Assembly: GCA_963664405.1 (NCBI GenBank)
Contig: OY761158.1
Span: forward strand, 960,001 to 1,024,000
Direction of reading: 5' to 3'
DNA: 64,000 nucleotides
Origin: Thermoanaerobaculia bacterium
GTDB lineage: Bacteria > Acidobacteriota > Thermoanaerobaculia > Multivoradales > Multivoraceae
Every line of letters starts with the position of its first letter. Positions within the stretch are counted from its first letter, which is position 1. Below the pieces are notes generated by a model. It made no database searches, was not told the DNA's origin, and saw only the letters and a program-made list of their open reading frames with translations. This document shows positions 49,881 through 59,881 of this stretch, piece by piece. The position numbers and the translations under genes are program-made.

Positions 49881-50171
49881 GCCTTCTGGACCGGCTGGCG
49901 CATCGGAGAGGTGCTGAAGCTTGAGTGGTCCAACGTCGATCTAGAGAACGGCTTCGCAAAGCTCGTTCGCACCAAGACTGCCGCCGAGGAGGTTCGACAA
50001 CTTCCCAACGAGGCGATTGAGGTGCTGCGACTGCTGCCGCGTACCGTCGGCTGCCCCTTCGTCTTTCCGGGCCGCGACTCGAGGTCGAGACTGAAGTCAG
50101 TGAGAAAGCCATGGGTGGACATCCGCAAGAAGGCTGGCCTGAGCAAGCTGGAGGGGCTGGGCCCGTTTCGC
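49878..50171 (+). pseudogene. Tyrosine recombinase/integrase internal fragment
   Basis: TGWRIGEVLKLEWSNVDL, TKT, FVFPG; ends just before the HxxR motif at the IS5 boundary. Confidence 0.8.
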
Positions 50172-51281
50172 GGCGTTGGTGCATGAATCGACTTCGGCCC
50201 CGACGGTAGCATTGGCTCGGGATCCCGACCATTCATGGAGGGGGGGGCGATGCCATGGCCGCACGCAAGTCGAGCCGAGTCAACCGCGAGTACAAGACGA
50301 AGTACAGAGTCCGGAACTGGAGGGAGTACGAGCGTGGCCTCAGGAGCCGTGGCGATGTCACGATCTGGCTGAGCGAGGCGGCGATCGCCGCGTGGACGCC
50401 ACCGAAGAACGGTCTCCGCGGAGGCCAACGACAGTACTCGAACCTCGCGATTCTGACTGCGTTGACGCTGCGAGTCGTCTTCCGGCTGCCGCTTCGCCAG
50501 ACCGAGGGGTTCCTGGACTCGCTGCTGAGCTTGATGGGCCTGGGCCTCAAGGCCCCGGACCACACCACACTCTCGCGCCGGAACGAGGACGTCGAGGTGC
50601 CGCCCCTGATCCGAGCCCACGATGGCCCGATCCACCTGGTCGTCGATTCCACGGGGCTCAAGATCCTGGGTTCTGGCGAGTGGAATGTGCACAGGTACAA
50701 GGCATCGAGGAAACGCCGGGAGTGGCGCAAGCTGCACATCGGAGTGGATGATGAGGGCTTCATCGTGGCGGCCGAGCTCACGGCGAGTAGCGAAGGCGAC
50801 GCCTCCACCCTCCCTGATCTCCTTGCCCAGGTTGAGGTTCCAATCCAGCGTTTCACGGCAGACGGGGCCTATGACCACAGGCCGATCTACGATCGGGTCG
50901 CGGCGGCCGGCACAGAGGACATCATGATCGTGATCCCACCTCGTCGCTCGGCGGTGTGCGCGGGGCCCACGGACGGCCCGTGGGCGCAGCGAGAAGCGGC
51001 TCTTCAGAGGATTCGTGAGGTCGGACGACGAGAGTGGCAGAAGGAGTCGGGTTACCGACAGCAGGCTCGCGTCGAGAACGGGTTCTTCCGATACAAGTCA
51101 CTGCTCGGAGGCGACCTGAAGGCGAGGAACAGCAACGCGCAGACGAGAGAGGCCATCATCGGGTGTCACATCTTGAACCGGATGGCAGGGCTCGGCAGGC
51201 CAGAGTCCTACGCTGTGTCGTGACGGAAGGGCTGGGAAAAGCGGCCCAGGCTCGCTCTGGGTCGAATCGTGCAACAACGCC
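50172..51281 (+). mobile_element. IS5-family (IS903-like) element, copy 1
   Basis: Inverted repeats GGCGTTGGTGCATGAATC / GGCGTTGTTGCACGATTC. Confidence 0.92.
50255..51223 (+). CDS. IS5-family transposase
   Basis: YRVRNW..Y..L..RG, VDSTGLK, WRKLH, ADGAYD, Y..QARVE. Confidence 0.93.
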   Translation: MAARKSSRVNREYKTKYRVRNWREYERGLRSRGDVTIWLSEAAIAAWTPPKNGLRGGQRQYSNLAILTALTLRVVFRLPLRQTEGFLDSLLSLMGLGLKAPDHTTLSRRNEDVEVPPLIRAHDGPIHLVVDSTGLKILGSGEWNVHRYKASRKRREWRKLHIGVDDEGFIVAAELTASSEGDASTLPDLLAQVEVPIQRFTADGAYDHRPIYDRVAAAGTEDIMIVIPPRRSAVCAGPTDGPWAQREAALQRIREVGRREWQKESGYRQQARVENGFFRYKSLLGGDLKARNSNAQTREAIIGCHILNRMAGLGRPESYAVS

Positions 51282-51869
51282 CATCATCTCGCCCGCGCCT
51301 ACAAAGACGGACAGCTCGACCTGCCACGAGATCTGGCCGAGGACGGTGGCTTCGATCGCCTGCTGTCGAAGCTCTACGCCAAGGACTTCATCGTCTACGC
51401 CAAGCGTCCCTTCGCCGGTGCGCAGCAGGTCTTCTCCTACCTGGGCCGCTATACCCATCGAGTCGCACTGTCCAACCACAGAATCCTCAACGTCACGGAG
51501 CAGGCCATCACCCTCGCCACGCGCGATGGCAAGACCGTGACGCTCTCTCCCGAGGAGCTCATCCGCCGCTTTGTGCTGCACGTCCTGCCCCGACGATTCC
51601 AGAAGATTCGCCACTATGGACTCATGGCCTCGGCCAACGTCCACTCTCGCCTCGAGCGAGCCCGCGCTCTGCTCGAGTCCACCGCCACAGCGACCCAGGC
51701 CGAAACCTCCCACCCCATCCCCATCGAGTCGGAAACCACAAACGAGCTCCTCCAACGCCTCACCGGCATCGACCTCGCGATCTGTCCCGCCTGCCAAGGC
51801 TCCCGCCTCCAGCGCTTCCCTCTCGACACCGCTGCGCACGCCCGGCCTCCACCGGCGGCTGCCGCATGA
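51282..51869 (+). pseudogene. IS91-family rolling-circle transposase, C-terminal fragment
   Basis: YLGRYTHRVALSN, RRFVLHVLP..F.KIRHYG, CPAC. Confidence 0.88.
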
Positions 51870-52284
51870 TCCCGCGCTTTTCTCTTCCCGCGCTTGTGGC
51901 CCCGCCGCGGACACGCCCGAGGTGCGCCCGCCGTGGCTCCAGACCCCAGATCGAGACGCCGACAGCCGTCCAAGCGGCCTCGCTGGCCCACGACCGCAAC
52001 CGAGTGCATCTCTGCAACGACCTCACCACCCTCGACCTGCGGCGCCTCGTGCGCTCCACAGCCTGCCAACGAGGCTGATAACCCCATACACGACCGCTCT
52101 CTGGCGGCCTTCGCTCAAGCTAGGTCTAGCAGAATCCCGCTCGAGTAGATCCGCGCGACGACGGCCCTCTTGCCTCGCGGGACTCTGCGAGATCCTTCTC
52201 CCTATAGCTGCTCAGCTATTCGTGTCGCCTCCCGCCACCAAAGGCGACACGAACCAATCTGCTCACGAGCTCCCCTCGGAGCCC

Positions 52285-52572
52285 TCAGGGACGTAGTCCC
52301 GCCGCCTCCACCCAGTCGAGAACGATGCGGATGTCCCGCCGAGAGAGTCGCTCGGGCGCCTCGAAAGCAAGGAGGCGGCCGTCACGGTGGACGGCGTAGG
52401 CGGTGTGGTCGGCCACGCTCAGCTCCGCAAGGCGATCGTCGAAGAGGGCGTGGGGCGCCGGTACGGTGGGCGGATCCCCGGGGCCCAGCGTGACGCTCAT
52501 GATCTTGCCCGATCCGCCGGGGAAGGCAACGCAGACCATCGCTACAACGAACGGCCACTTCGAATTCTTCAT
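52285..52572 (-). CDS. Small hypothetical protein or gene remnant
   Basis: GGAG RBS, signal-like N-terminus, downstream of the MBL gene. Confidence 0.45.
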   Translation of the reverse strand: MKNSKWPFVVAMVCVAFPGGSGKIMSVTLGPGDPPTVPAPHALFDDRLAELSVADHTAYAVHRDGRLLAFEAPERLSRRDIRIVLDWVEAAGLRP

Positions 52573-52643
52573 CGCTTGTCTCCAGTCACGATTTTTTGGT
52601 TCAAGGTGGCCGGGAGCCGCGCCATTGAAGCACGCTCTCTGGG

Positions 52644-53912
52644 CTAGCGCTGCGCCAGTTCCTCCTGGGTCAGTCCCTGCTCCGTCATGAACTTCTGCAG
52701 CCACTCTTGGTTGACGTCGCCGACGTCGAGGCTGCCGTTCAGGATGAACTGGGTGTACTCGGACTGGCGGCTGGGGTCCGGTCTCAGCCGTTCCTCTGCC
52801 GGGCCCGGCACGTCCCAGGCATCGTCCGGGGAGATAGCCATCCGCTCGGTGATCTCGTCGCGGGTGATGTTCCAGACCATCATGTCGTCAGCCATGGACA
52901 GCGGTCCGTCGTAGGTCTCTCGAATCCCCTCGTAGATCCCGTAGCGCGTGCTCTCCTCGTTGTAGAAGTGGTACGCCACAGCGTGGCGAGGCTCGACCAT
53001 GCTCATGATCTTGCCGAAGGCCTGGGCCGACGTGTGGAAGGTGAGGTTGATGCGCGCCGCCAGCTGCGCCGGCTGGCCATACTGGGCCATCATCTGATCG
53101 GCCGTCATCCAGGCCTCGTGTATGGCCAGGTCGGCGCCCTTGGCGTATTCCGGGTACCACTGGTTCGCGGCCGTGTCGCCACCGATGACGATCTTGTAGC
53201 CGTTCCACTCCAGGGAGAAGCTGACCGGCCCGTCGCCGGTGTGGATCGTGGGCCACGACCGGATCGTGACGCCCCTCTCCTGGTAGACGATCTCGTTGAG
53301 GCCCTTGTAGTCGAATTCGTGCACCATGATCTCCCCGGGTAGCGGGTTGATGGTCGTGGCGCGGGTCATGTAGTCCCAGTTGTAGGCCTTCAAGAAGTGC
53401 TCCACGGCGTACTTCGTCCCCATGTCCTCGCGGGCACCGCTGGGCCCCCAGATCTCGAGCGGCACCTGTCGGCCGGCCGTCCAGCCGCCGGCCCACATGC
53501 CCGCGAGGTCACCCCAGTGGTCGGTGTGCAAGTGGGTGAGGAAGATCTTGGTCAGGAAGTCGGCCGGAATCATCAGCGACTGGATGTTCGCCATGGCGCC
53601 GGTGCCGAGGTCGAACAGGAACTTCTGGCCATCCCCGAGCTCGACGAGGAAACAAGTCGCGGCTTGCCCCCGGCGTGCACCTGGCATGCCCGTGCCCGCG
53701 GCGATCATCCGTATCTCGTCGGGTCCGAGCTCCTCGGTGCCCGGGTAGTAGGCGTAGCGGTCGGGGGCGGTGCCGGTCGGGTCGGTCACCCTGCCGCCTG
53801 CCGCCTCGGCCGCGTTTTCGCCAACGGCCCCGAAGCCCACCACGTAGCCGATAATAGCGGCGACGGCGGTCACCGCCAGCAACCCGAGGATTGTCTTCTT
53901 TCTGTCGATCAT
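52644..53912 (-). CDS. Exported MBL-fold hydrolase (RNase Z/AtsA, GntH-like)
   Basis: GTGMP, FDLGTG, THLHTDH, GGDT, IHE, FHT. Confidence 0.88.
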   Translation of the reverse strand: MIDRKKTILGLLAVTAVAAIIGYVVGFGAVGENAAEAAGGRVTDPTGTAPDRYAYYPGTEELGPDEIRMIAAGTGMPGARRGQAATCFLVELGDGQKFLFDLGTGAMANIQSLMIPADFLTKIFLTHLHTDHWGDLAGMWAGGWTAGRQVPLEIWGPSGAREDMGTKYAVEHFLKAYNWDYMTRATTINPLPGEIMVHEFDYKGLNEIVYQERGVTIRSWPTIHTGDGPVSFSLEWNGYKIVIGGDTAANQWYPEYAKGADLAIHEAWMTADQMMAQYGQPAQLAARINLTFHTSAQAFGKIMSMVEPRHAVAYHFYNEESTRYGIYEGIRETYDGPLSMADDMMVWNITRDEITERMAISPDDAWDVPGPAEERLRPDPSRQSEYTQFILNGSLDVGDVNQEWLQKFMTEQGLTQEELAQR

Positions 53913-54402
53913 GTGCTCTTCCTTTCGGTTTTGTTAGCTCGTCCCTCACCAGCTCGCGATGCCGAGCTCAGGTGTAGATCCCGAGGCCCCCCAGATATGG
54001 AGAGGGGTGCGGCGTCGTCGTACATTCTCGCGGGAAGCGGTAGTCCCCCGGCTCTTCAGCCAGTCCCGCACCCGCAGCCAAGGATGCCAGTAGATAACGG
54101 AAACCGTTCACATGCGCATTAAGGCTTCCTCCTCGGAGATCCGCTCCTCAGCTCAATCGATTGAAGGGTTACTGATTCGTAAGCCCTGACAGCACCACAG
54201 GTTTTCGGGGCCGATGGTGTTTCGAGTGAGCCTCGGTCCAACAGACAAGTACAAAATGCATGCCAGGCAACGGCGTCCCGTCCTGCACCTCGTAACCCAT
54301 GGAGCAGGAAGAAGATACGGCCCCCACAGAGTAGCTCTGGGGCGACCACTCGAAGTGAGCGCCTACGCTATGCCGGAGGCCCGGCATGTCATGGCGTGGG
54401 GC

Positions 54403-54471
54403 GGTACTGTCAAGTTGGTGCTGTCGGCGCGAGCGGGTGCCGCGTTCGATGGTCGATTCGTGTTTCAGCAG
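54403..54471 (-). mobile_element. Remnant end of a second IS6-like element
   Basis: GGTACTGTCAAGTT repeat, then TCAGCAG (transposase-end-like) 62 nt later versus 65 nt in the intact IS6. Confidence 0.6.
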
Positions 54472-55563
54472 GGCGTTGGTGCATGAATCGGCGTCGACGC
54501 CCACGCTAGGATCGGCTCGGGATCCCGACCATTCATGGAGGGGGGGCGATGCCGCACGCAAGTCGAGCCGAGTCAACCGCGAGTACAAGACGAAGTACAG
54601 AGTCCGGAACTGGAGGGAGTACGAGCGTGGCCTCAGGAGCCGTGGCGATGTCACGATCTGGTTGAGCGAGGCGGCGATCGCCGCGTGGACGCCACCGAAG
54701 AACGGTCTCCGCGGAGGCCAACGACAGTACTCGAACCTCGCGATTCTGACTGCGTTGACGCTGCGAGTCGTCTTCCGGCTGCCGCTTCGCCAGACCGAGG
54801 GATTCCTGGACTCGCTGCTGAGCTTGATGGGCCTGGGCCTCAAGGCCCCGGACCACACCACACTCTCGCGCCGGAACGAGGACGTCGAGGTACCACCCCC
54901 AAACCGAGCCCACGACGGCCCGATCCACCTGGTCGTCGATTCCACGGGGCTCAAGATCCTGGGTTCTGGCGAGTGGAATGTGCACAGGTACAAGGCATCG
55001 AGGAAACGCCGGGAGTGGCGGAAGCTGCACATCGGAGTGTTTCATCGTGGCGGCCGAGCTCACGGCGAGTAGCGAGGGCGACGCCTCCACCCTCCCTGAT
55101 CTCCTTGCCCAGGTTGAGGTTCCAATCCAGCGTTTCACGGCAGACGGGGCCTATGACCACAGGTCGGTCTACGATCGGGTCGGGTCGGCCGGTACAGAGG
55201 ACGTCCTGATTGTGATCCCTCCTCGTCGCTCTGCGGTGTCTGCGGGACCCACGGACGGACCGTGGGCGCAGCGAGAAGCGGCTCTTCAGAGGATTCGTGA
55301 GGTCGGACGACGAGAGTGGCAGAAGGAGTCGGGTTACCGACAGCAGGCTCGCGTTGAGAACGGGTTCTTCCGATACAAGTCACTGCTCGGAGGCGACCTG
55401 AAGGCGAGCAACAGCAAGGCGCAGACGAGAGAGGCCATGATCGGGTGTCACATCTTGAACCGGATGGCAGGGCTCGGCAGGCCAGAGTCCTACGCTGTGT
55501 CGTGACGGAAGGGCCGGGAAAAGCGGCCCAGGCTCGCTCTGGGTCGAATCGTGCAACAACGCC
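54472..55563 (+). mobile_element. IS5-family element, copy 2, with inactivated transposase
   Basis: Same inverted repeats as copy 1; 6-bp deletion removes the in-frame ATG and an 11-bp deletion near 55040 shifts the frame. Confidence 0.92.
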
Positions 55564-55905
55564 CTTGCGCTCCCACAACCACCCTCCTTTACGATTCACC
55601 CCGTGCGGCCCATCGGTCGGTCGAAAGTCCGGAATGCCGAGGCGCCGATTGTGCGGCGTCTGCATGCGCCGGAGGCCCCGAAGCTGCGCTACTTTCTCAT
55701 CGAGATTCATGCGCTCGAGAACGTGATCGACACGCTCCTGCAGCGGGAGCGTAGGGTCGAAGTGTGGGTTGGCCTCTAGATCGAGCGGGTCTGCCGCAGG
55801 ACCGCGAATGACGATCACAAGGACGAGGCTGAGAAGCGCCGCGATGCTGAGCAGCGCGGCAACGTATCGGCCTCGTCCAGGCCGACCTCCCCTACTCACG
55901 TCCAC
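55564..55905 (-). pseudogene. GH3 beta-glucosidase N-terminus truncated by IS5
   Basis: ERV..L.RMNLDEKV, RLGIP, TDGPHG. Confidence 0.8.
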
Positions 55906-55919
55906 CCTCTCCGGGAGAG

Positions 55920-57080
55920 CTAATCGGACGCTTTACGGCCGAGCACGACGAGACTGAAGTCATCTTCGAGCGCCTGGTCCCCGAGATGGTCATCGAAGTC
56001 GAGGAGGATTCTCTCGTGGATCGCATTGGGCGTGCCAGGGTCGACCACAAGGCGGCGCAGACGCTCGTAGCCGAAACTTTCCTCTTCACTGTTCAGCCCC
56101 TCCGGCAAACCATCACTGTAGAGCACCAGCGTGTCCCCGACACCGAGTCCGGTCTTCTCACTCCGCCATTCCAGGTCGCGGCGTAGACCGAGCGGCAATC
56201 CGCCCTTGCCCAACTCCTCGATCTCACCACCCGCTCGACGCAGGAGCGGGAAAGGATGACCGGCACTGGCATATTCGAGCTCTCCGCTGCCCAGATCCAA
56301 CAGAGCATAGAAGATACTCATGAACGCTCGTTTGTCTCCGGTCTTGCACAGAGTGTGGTTGAGCAGAGTGAGGACTCGTGGCGGAGCCGGGTCCAGCTCG
56401 ACAGCGAGCTTGAGCGTGGCATTCGCAATAGCCATCAACAGTCCGGCCGCCATACCGTGTCCACTGGCGTCCCCCACCAACAGGGCGAGACGGCCGTCCT
56501 CCAGAACAGAGAAGTCGTAGTAGTCGCCACCGACCTCGTTCGCGGTTCGGTACGAGTGCGAAATACGATAGCCGGGAAGATCGGGAACCGCCCGAGGCAG
56601 CAGATCCTCCTGCAGCTCTCGCGCAACTTGGAGCTCGTCGCGCACCCGAATGCGGTCAACCAGCTCCAAGGCAAGTAGAAAAATCAGCGAAGCCGAGCTG
56701 ATCAGGAACCAGAAGGCCGAAAAGTCTACGATCACCAATCTCTCACCGCTAGGGATACTGAGCTCCGGGTCGAGAAGGCCGACAAGGAGAGCCAGGAGCG
56801 CACCGGCGAAAAGTAGCCTCCTCGCCGGTGTCAACTTGTAGGAGAACCCGAGAAAGACGATGCGCACCCGGTGCCAGAAGCGCTTGAAGGCACCCTCCGG
56901 CTCCGGAGCCTCTCTGTGATCGCGAACGAGAACGTCGTAGGCCTCCGCTGCGTCACGATCAAACAGGCGGCGCAGGTCACGAGCCCGCAGACCTGCGGTG
57001 TAGTTGCGAACGAAACGCTCGCAAGAACTGATGAAGCCCCTCGCCCCTCGCGCAGCCTTGCGAGCGCCGCTCGCCATCAC
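55920..57080 (-). CDS. PP2C/SpoIIE-family phosphatase, membrane-bound
   Basis: VGGDYYD, GDASGHG, SAGHP, YSDGL.E, DD. Confidence 0.9.
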   Translation of the reverse strand: MMASGARKAARGARGFISSCERFVRNYTAGLRARDLRRLFDRDAAEAYDVLVRDHREAPEPEGAFKRFWHRVRIVFLGFSYKLTPARRLLFAGALLALLVGLLDPELSIPSGERLVIVDFSAFWFLISSASLIFLLALELVDRIRVRDELQVARELQEDLLPRAVPDLPGYRISHSYRTANEVGGDYYDFSVLEDGRLALLVGDASGHGMAAGLLMAIANATLKLAVELDPAPPRVLTLLNHTLCKTGDKRAFMSIFYALLDLGSGELEYASAGHPFPLLRRAGGEIEELGKGGLPLGLRRDLEWRSEKTGLGVGDTLVLYSDGLPEGLNSEEESFGYERLRRLVVDPGTPNAIHERILLDFDDHLGDQALEDDFSLVVLGRKASD

Positions 57081-57224
57081 TGCCTGGCCGATCGGATCTC
57101 GAGACGCAGTACTTCCGGTGACTTCATTAAAAGGCCCCAGAGACCATTACGAAAAAAGGGCCACTGGGTTGCTCGAGAGGTCGTTCGACACCGCCCTGGA
57201 AAAGCGCCTGGGCGCCTCCCAGCC

Positions 57225-57554
57225 TCAGCTAAAGAGATTCTGGAGCTGCATGGCCAGACCCATATCGCCACCGACCTTGAGCCTTCCACTCATGAACGCC
57301 GACATTCCATCGAGACGGCCCTCGGTCATGTCGACGAAGTCTGACGCCGAGATGGTGATGGTCATGGTCGGGGCGTCGTGACCACCGTCGCTTACCGCAC
57401 ACACGCCATCTTTGATCGTGGTGTAGTGACTGCCGCCATCCTCGCCAGTCAGATCGTACTGGATGACACAATCGAGATCGCCGGCAGCCGTAGCATTGAG
57501 GCGTTCGGGCATGGTATTGAAGATAGTCTTGATCGCTTCGCCTGTCTCACTCAT
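57225..57554 (-). CDS. SCP2 sterol/lipid-binding domain protein
   Basis: AFMSGRLKVGGDMGLAM. Confidence 0.9.
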   Translation of the reverse strand: MSETGEAIKTIFNTMPERLNATAAGDLDCVIQYDLTGEDGGSHYTTIKDGVCAVSDGGHDAPTMTITISASDFVDMTEGRLDGMSAFMSGRLKVGGDMGLAMQLQNLFS

Positions 57555-57683
57555 CTCTGTTGTTCCCCCGCATTCTTCTTTGGAGCCCCGGTCCCTCCGG
57601 GGTCCGCGGGATTATACGAACTCTCGACCTGTCGCTCCCACAAGACTTGACTCATACGTTACGAATGAGAGCTGTAGAGAACC

Positions 57684-57749
57684 CTAGGCTCCAGAAATGA
57701 TGGCTATCATTTCTGGAGCCTAGTTGTCTCTTGGCGCCGAGGACGGCGC
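57684..57749 (+). repeat. 40-bp perfect palindrome plus REP-like hairpin, copy B
   Basis: CTAGGCTCCAGAAATGAT-GGCT-ATCATTTCTGGAGCCTAG, then TGGCGCCGAGGACGGCGC. Confidence 0.75.
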
Positions 57750-57892
57750 ACTTGGGCCTTGCTTCCTATTCGCTCCGGGAAACGGCTCAGGCCGAATACT
57801 CGGACACCTTACTAGCCCCGGAAAACAGGCCTCCGGCCCGTTCTCCGGCCCATCCCCCCCCCTCTCGCCTGTCCGAAGTCTCGGACCCACTC

Positions 57893-59863
57893 CTAGGGCT
57901 CGAGATTGAAGACCTGCAGCTCCGGGGCCCGGCCTGGGATCTCGAAGCCCAGAACGCGCGAGTAAAAGTAGAGCTCGCACTCGAGAGCCCGCTGGATATT
58001 CTCAGAGCGGCGGAAGCCATGTTGTTCCCCGGGGAAAGGAACATAGGCGACAGCGACCCCCTTGGTACGGAGGCTCTCGACCATTACTTCCGCCTGGTTC
58101 GGCGGCACCACCCGATCCTCCAGGCCCTGAAAAAAGATGATCGGGCAAGAGAGTTGATCCGCGGCATAGCGAGGAGATCGTTGCCGGTAGAGCGCCTGCA
58201 TCTCCGGGTAGGGCCCGACCAGACGCTCGATATAGCGTGACTCGAATTTGTGGGTGTCTCGAGCCAGGGCCCCGAGATCGCCAATACCGTAGTAGCTCGC
58301 CCCGGCCTTGAATACATCGCGAAACGCGAGAGCCGCCAGAGTGGTGTAGCCGCCCGCGCTGCCGCCACGGATCATCACTCGATCGGGGTCGATCTCTCCT
58401 CGTTGTGCCAGAAACTCGACCGCCGCCACGCAGTCATCGACGTCGAATACACCCCAGTTTCCATCCAGGCTGGTCCGATAAGCGCGGCCGAAGCCGCTAG
58501 ACCCCCGGTAGTTGACATCCACCACCGCGATCCCACGGCTGGTCCAAAACTGAATTTCCGGGCTGAGGGCGCTGGATGCCGCCGCGGTGGGGCCGCCGTG
58601 ACTCAGCACCAGGAGCGGTGGTTTCTCACCCCGCGGGCCCTCCATCTCGGCATTGCAAGGTGGGTAGAAAAAGCCGAAAGAAGTGGCTCCCTCGGTGGAC
58701 GGGAACTCGATCACCCGGGGCTCCGATACGAAAGCGGCCTCGATCTCGAGTAGCGAAGGACGATGCAGAGTCTCAGCCTCACCGCTGTCGAGATCGACTG
58801 CCGCAACAGATGGCCGCTCACGGCGCGAAGCCGCGAGGAAGAAGGCAGTGCTCCCCTCCGAACGGAGATAGTGAATCTCGGTCCACGGGCAAGGAAGAGC
58901 ATGCACCTCCTGCTCTTCGAGGGCATAGAGGCGCCACTCCCCAAGATGATTGGCCGCGAAGACGACCCGCGAGCCACTAAAGGCGTAGACCGAAGTGCCA
59001 AAGACCCATTGCGGGCCGCCGACTTCGGCGTCGAGCTTGGTCATCGCTTCGACATCCCCGGGGTCGTCGCCCTGCCAGCGATGGAGGTTCCAGTAGCCCG
59101 AGCGGTCCGAGGAGAACCAAAGCTCGCCGGTCGGTGAGAAGGCGGGCTGCAAGATCGACTCCTCAACATCGCCGCCCACCTGAAGAGCGACGCCGAGGGT
59201 CCCGTCGGTACCGATCTCTGCCACCCACAGCTGCGTTCGGTCCCAGGGCATGTCGGGGTGCTGCCACGACAGCCACGCCAGCCTGCGGCCATCGGGGCTC
59301 AGAGTCGGGCTCGAGTAAAAGTCTGCCCCTCGAACCAACGTCGCTACCTCTCCGCTGCCGCTGTCGTCGACCGCCACCAGGGAGCTAATGGGCTCGCCAT
59401 CACCACTGTGGTCCTCTTCGATGCAGACGACGCGGGAGCGGAGTCGGTCGACGCAAAGATCGGCGTATCGTCGCGAGCTCTTCTCCGTTAGGGCCAAGGC
59501 CTCGCCGCCAGGCTCAACCCGATAGATGCGCTGGTCCTCGTAGGAGCAGACAAAGAGGGCTCCATCGAGAACCGCATAGGCGCCACCGCCATATTCATGA
59601 ACGGAGCTGCGTACGCTCATCGACGGCGGACCGCACTCTTCTACCGCTCCATCCGGGGCGCGTCTCATCAGGGCGCCGCGGCCACCCTCCTGGGGCCGAC
59701 TCTCGAGCCAATAGATCGAGCCGCTATCCGCCCGAAGCTCCGAAAGCCGTATTTTCGCCGTGGCGATCGCTTCGGCAGTGACCGGCGAAGGCCACGAGCC
59801 ATAGGCGGCCTGTTTCTTCCCGCTCACCGCGGCAAGGGTAGGCGCACTAGACCGACGGGTCAA
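57893..59863 (-). CDS. S9 family peptidase
   Basis: YGSWPSP, HGGP, GGSAGG, D..V, EQHGFR. Confidence 0.92.
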   Translation of the reverse strand: MTRRSSAPTLAAVSGKKQAAYGSWPSPVTAEAIATAKIRLSELRADSGSIYWLESRPQEGGRGALMRRAPDGAVEECGPPSMSVRSSVHEYGGGAYAVLDGALFVCSYEDQRIYRVEPGGEALALTEKSSRRYADLCVDRLRSRVVCIEEDHSGDGEPISSLVAVDDSGSGEVATLVRGADFYSSPTLSPDGRRLAWLSWQHPDMPWDRTQLWVAEIGTDGTLGVALQVGGDVEESILQPAFSPTGELWFSSDRSGYWNLHRWQGDDPGDVEAMTKLDAEVGGPQWVFGTSVYAFSGSRVVFAANHLGEWRLYALEEQEVHALPCPWTEIHYLRSEGSTAFFLAASRRERPSVAAVDLDSGEAETLHRPSLLEIEAAFVSEPRVIEFPSTEGATSFGFFYPPCNAEMEGPRGEKPPLLVLSHGGPTAAASSALSPEIQFWTSRGIAVVDVNYRGSSGFGRAYRTSLDGNWGVFDVDDCVAAVEFLAQRGEIDPDRVMIRGGSAGGYTTLAALAFRDVFKAGASYYGIGDLGALARDTHKFESRYIERLVGPYPEMQALYRQRSPRYAADQLSCPIIFFQGLEDRVVPPNQAEVMVESLRTKGVAVAYVPFPGEQHGFRRSENIQRALECELYFYSRVLGFEIPGRAPELQVFNLEP

Positions 59864-59881
59864 GGGGACCAGGTGGCAGCT

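Noticed and set aside
49262-50878. 538-aa ORF as a single gene
   Set aside because: It is a patchwork of antisense IS5, antisense integrase, a peptidase fragment and IS6 sequence
49878-51869. Integrase and IS91 transposase as one element split by IS5
   Set aside because: Large parts of both genes are missing and there is no target duplication, so linkage cannot be supported
52205-52275. Integron attC site
   Set aside because: No RYYYAAC...GTTRRRY core ends and no integron integrase
52644-53912. Guanitoxin biosynthesis cluster
   Set aside because: Only a family-level resemblance of one gene; no other pathway genes nearby
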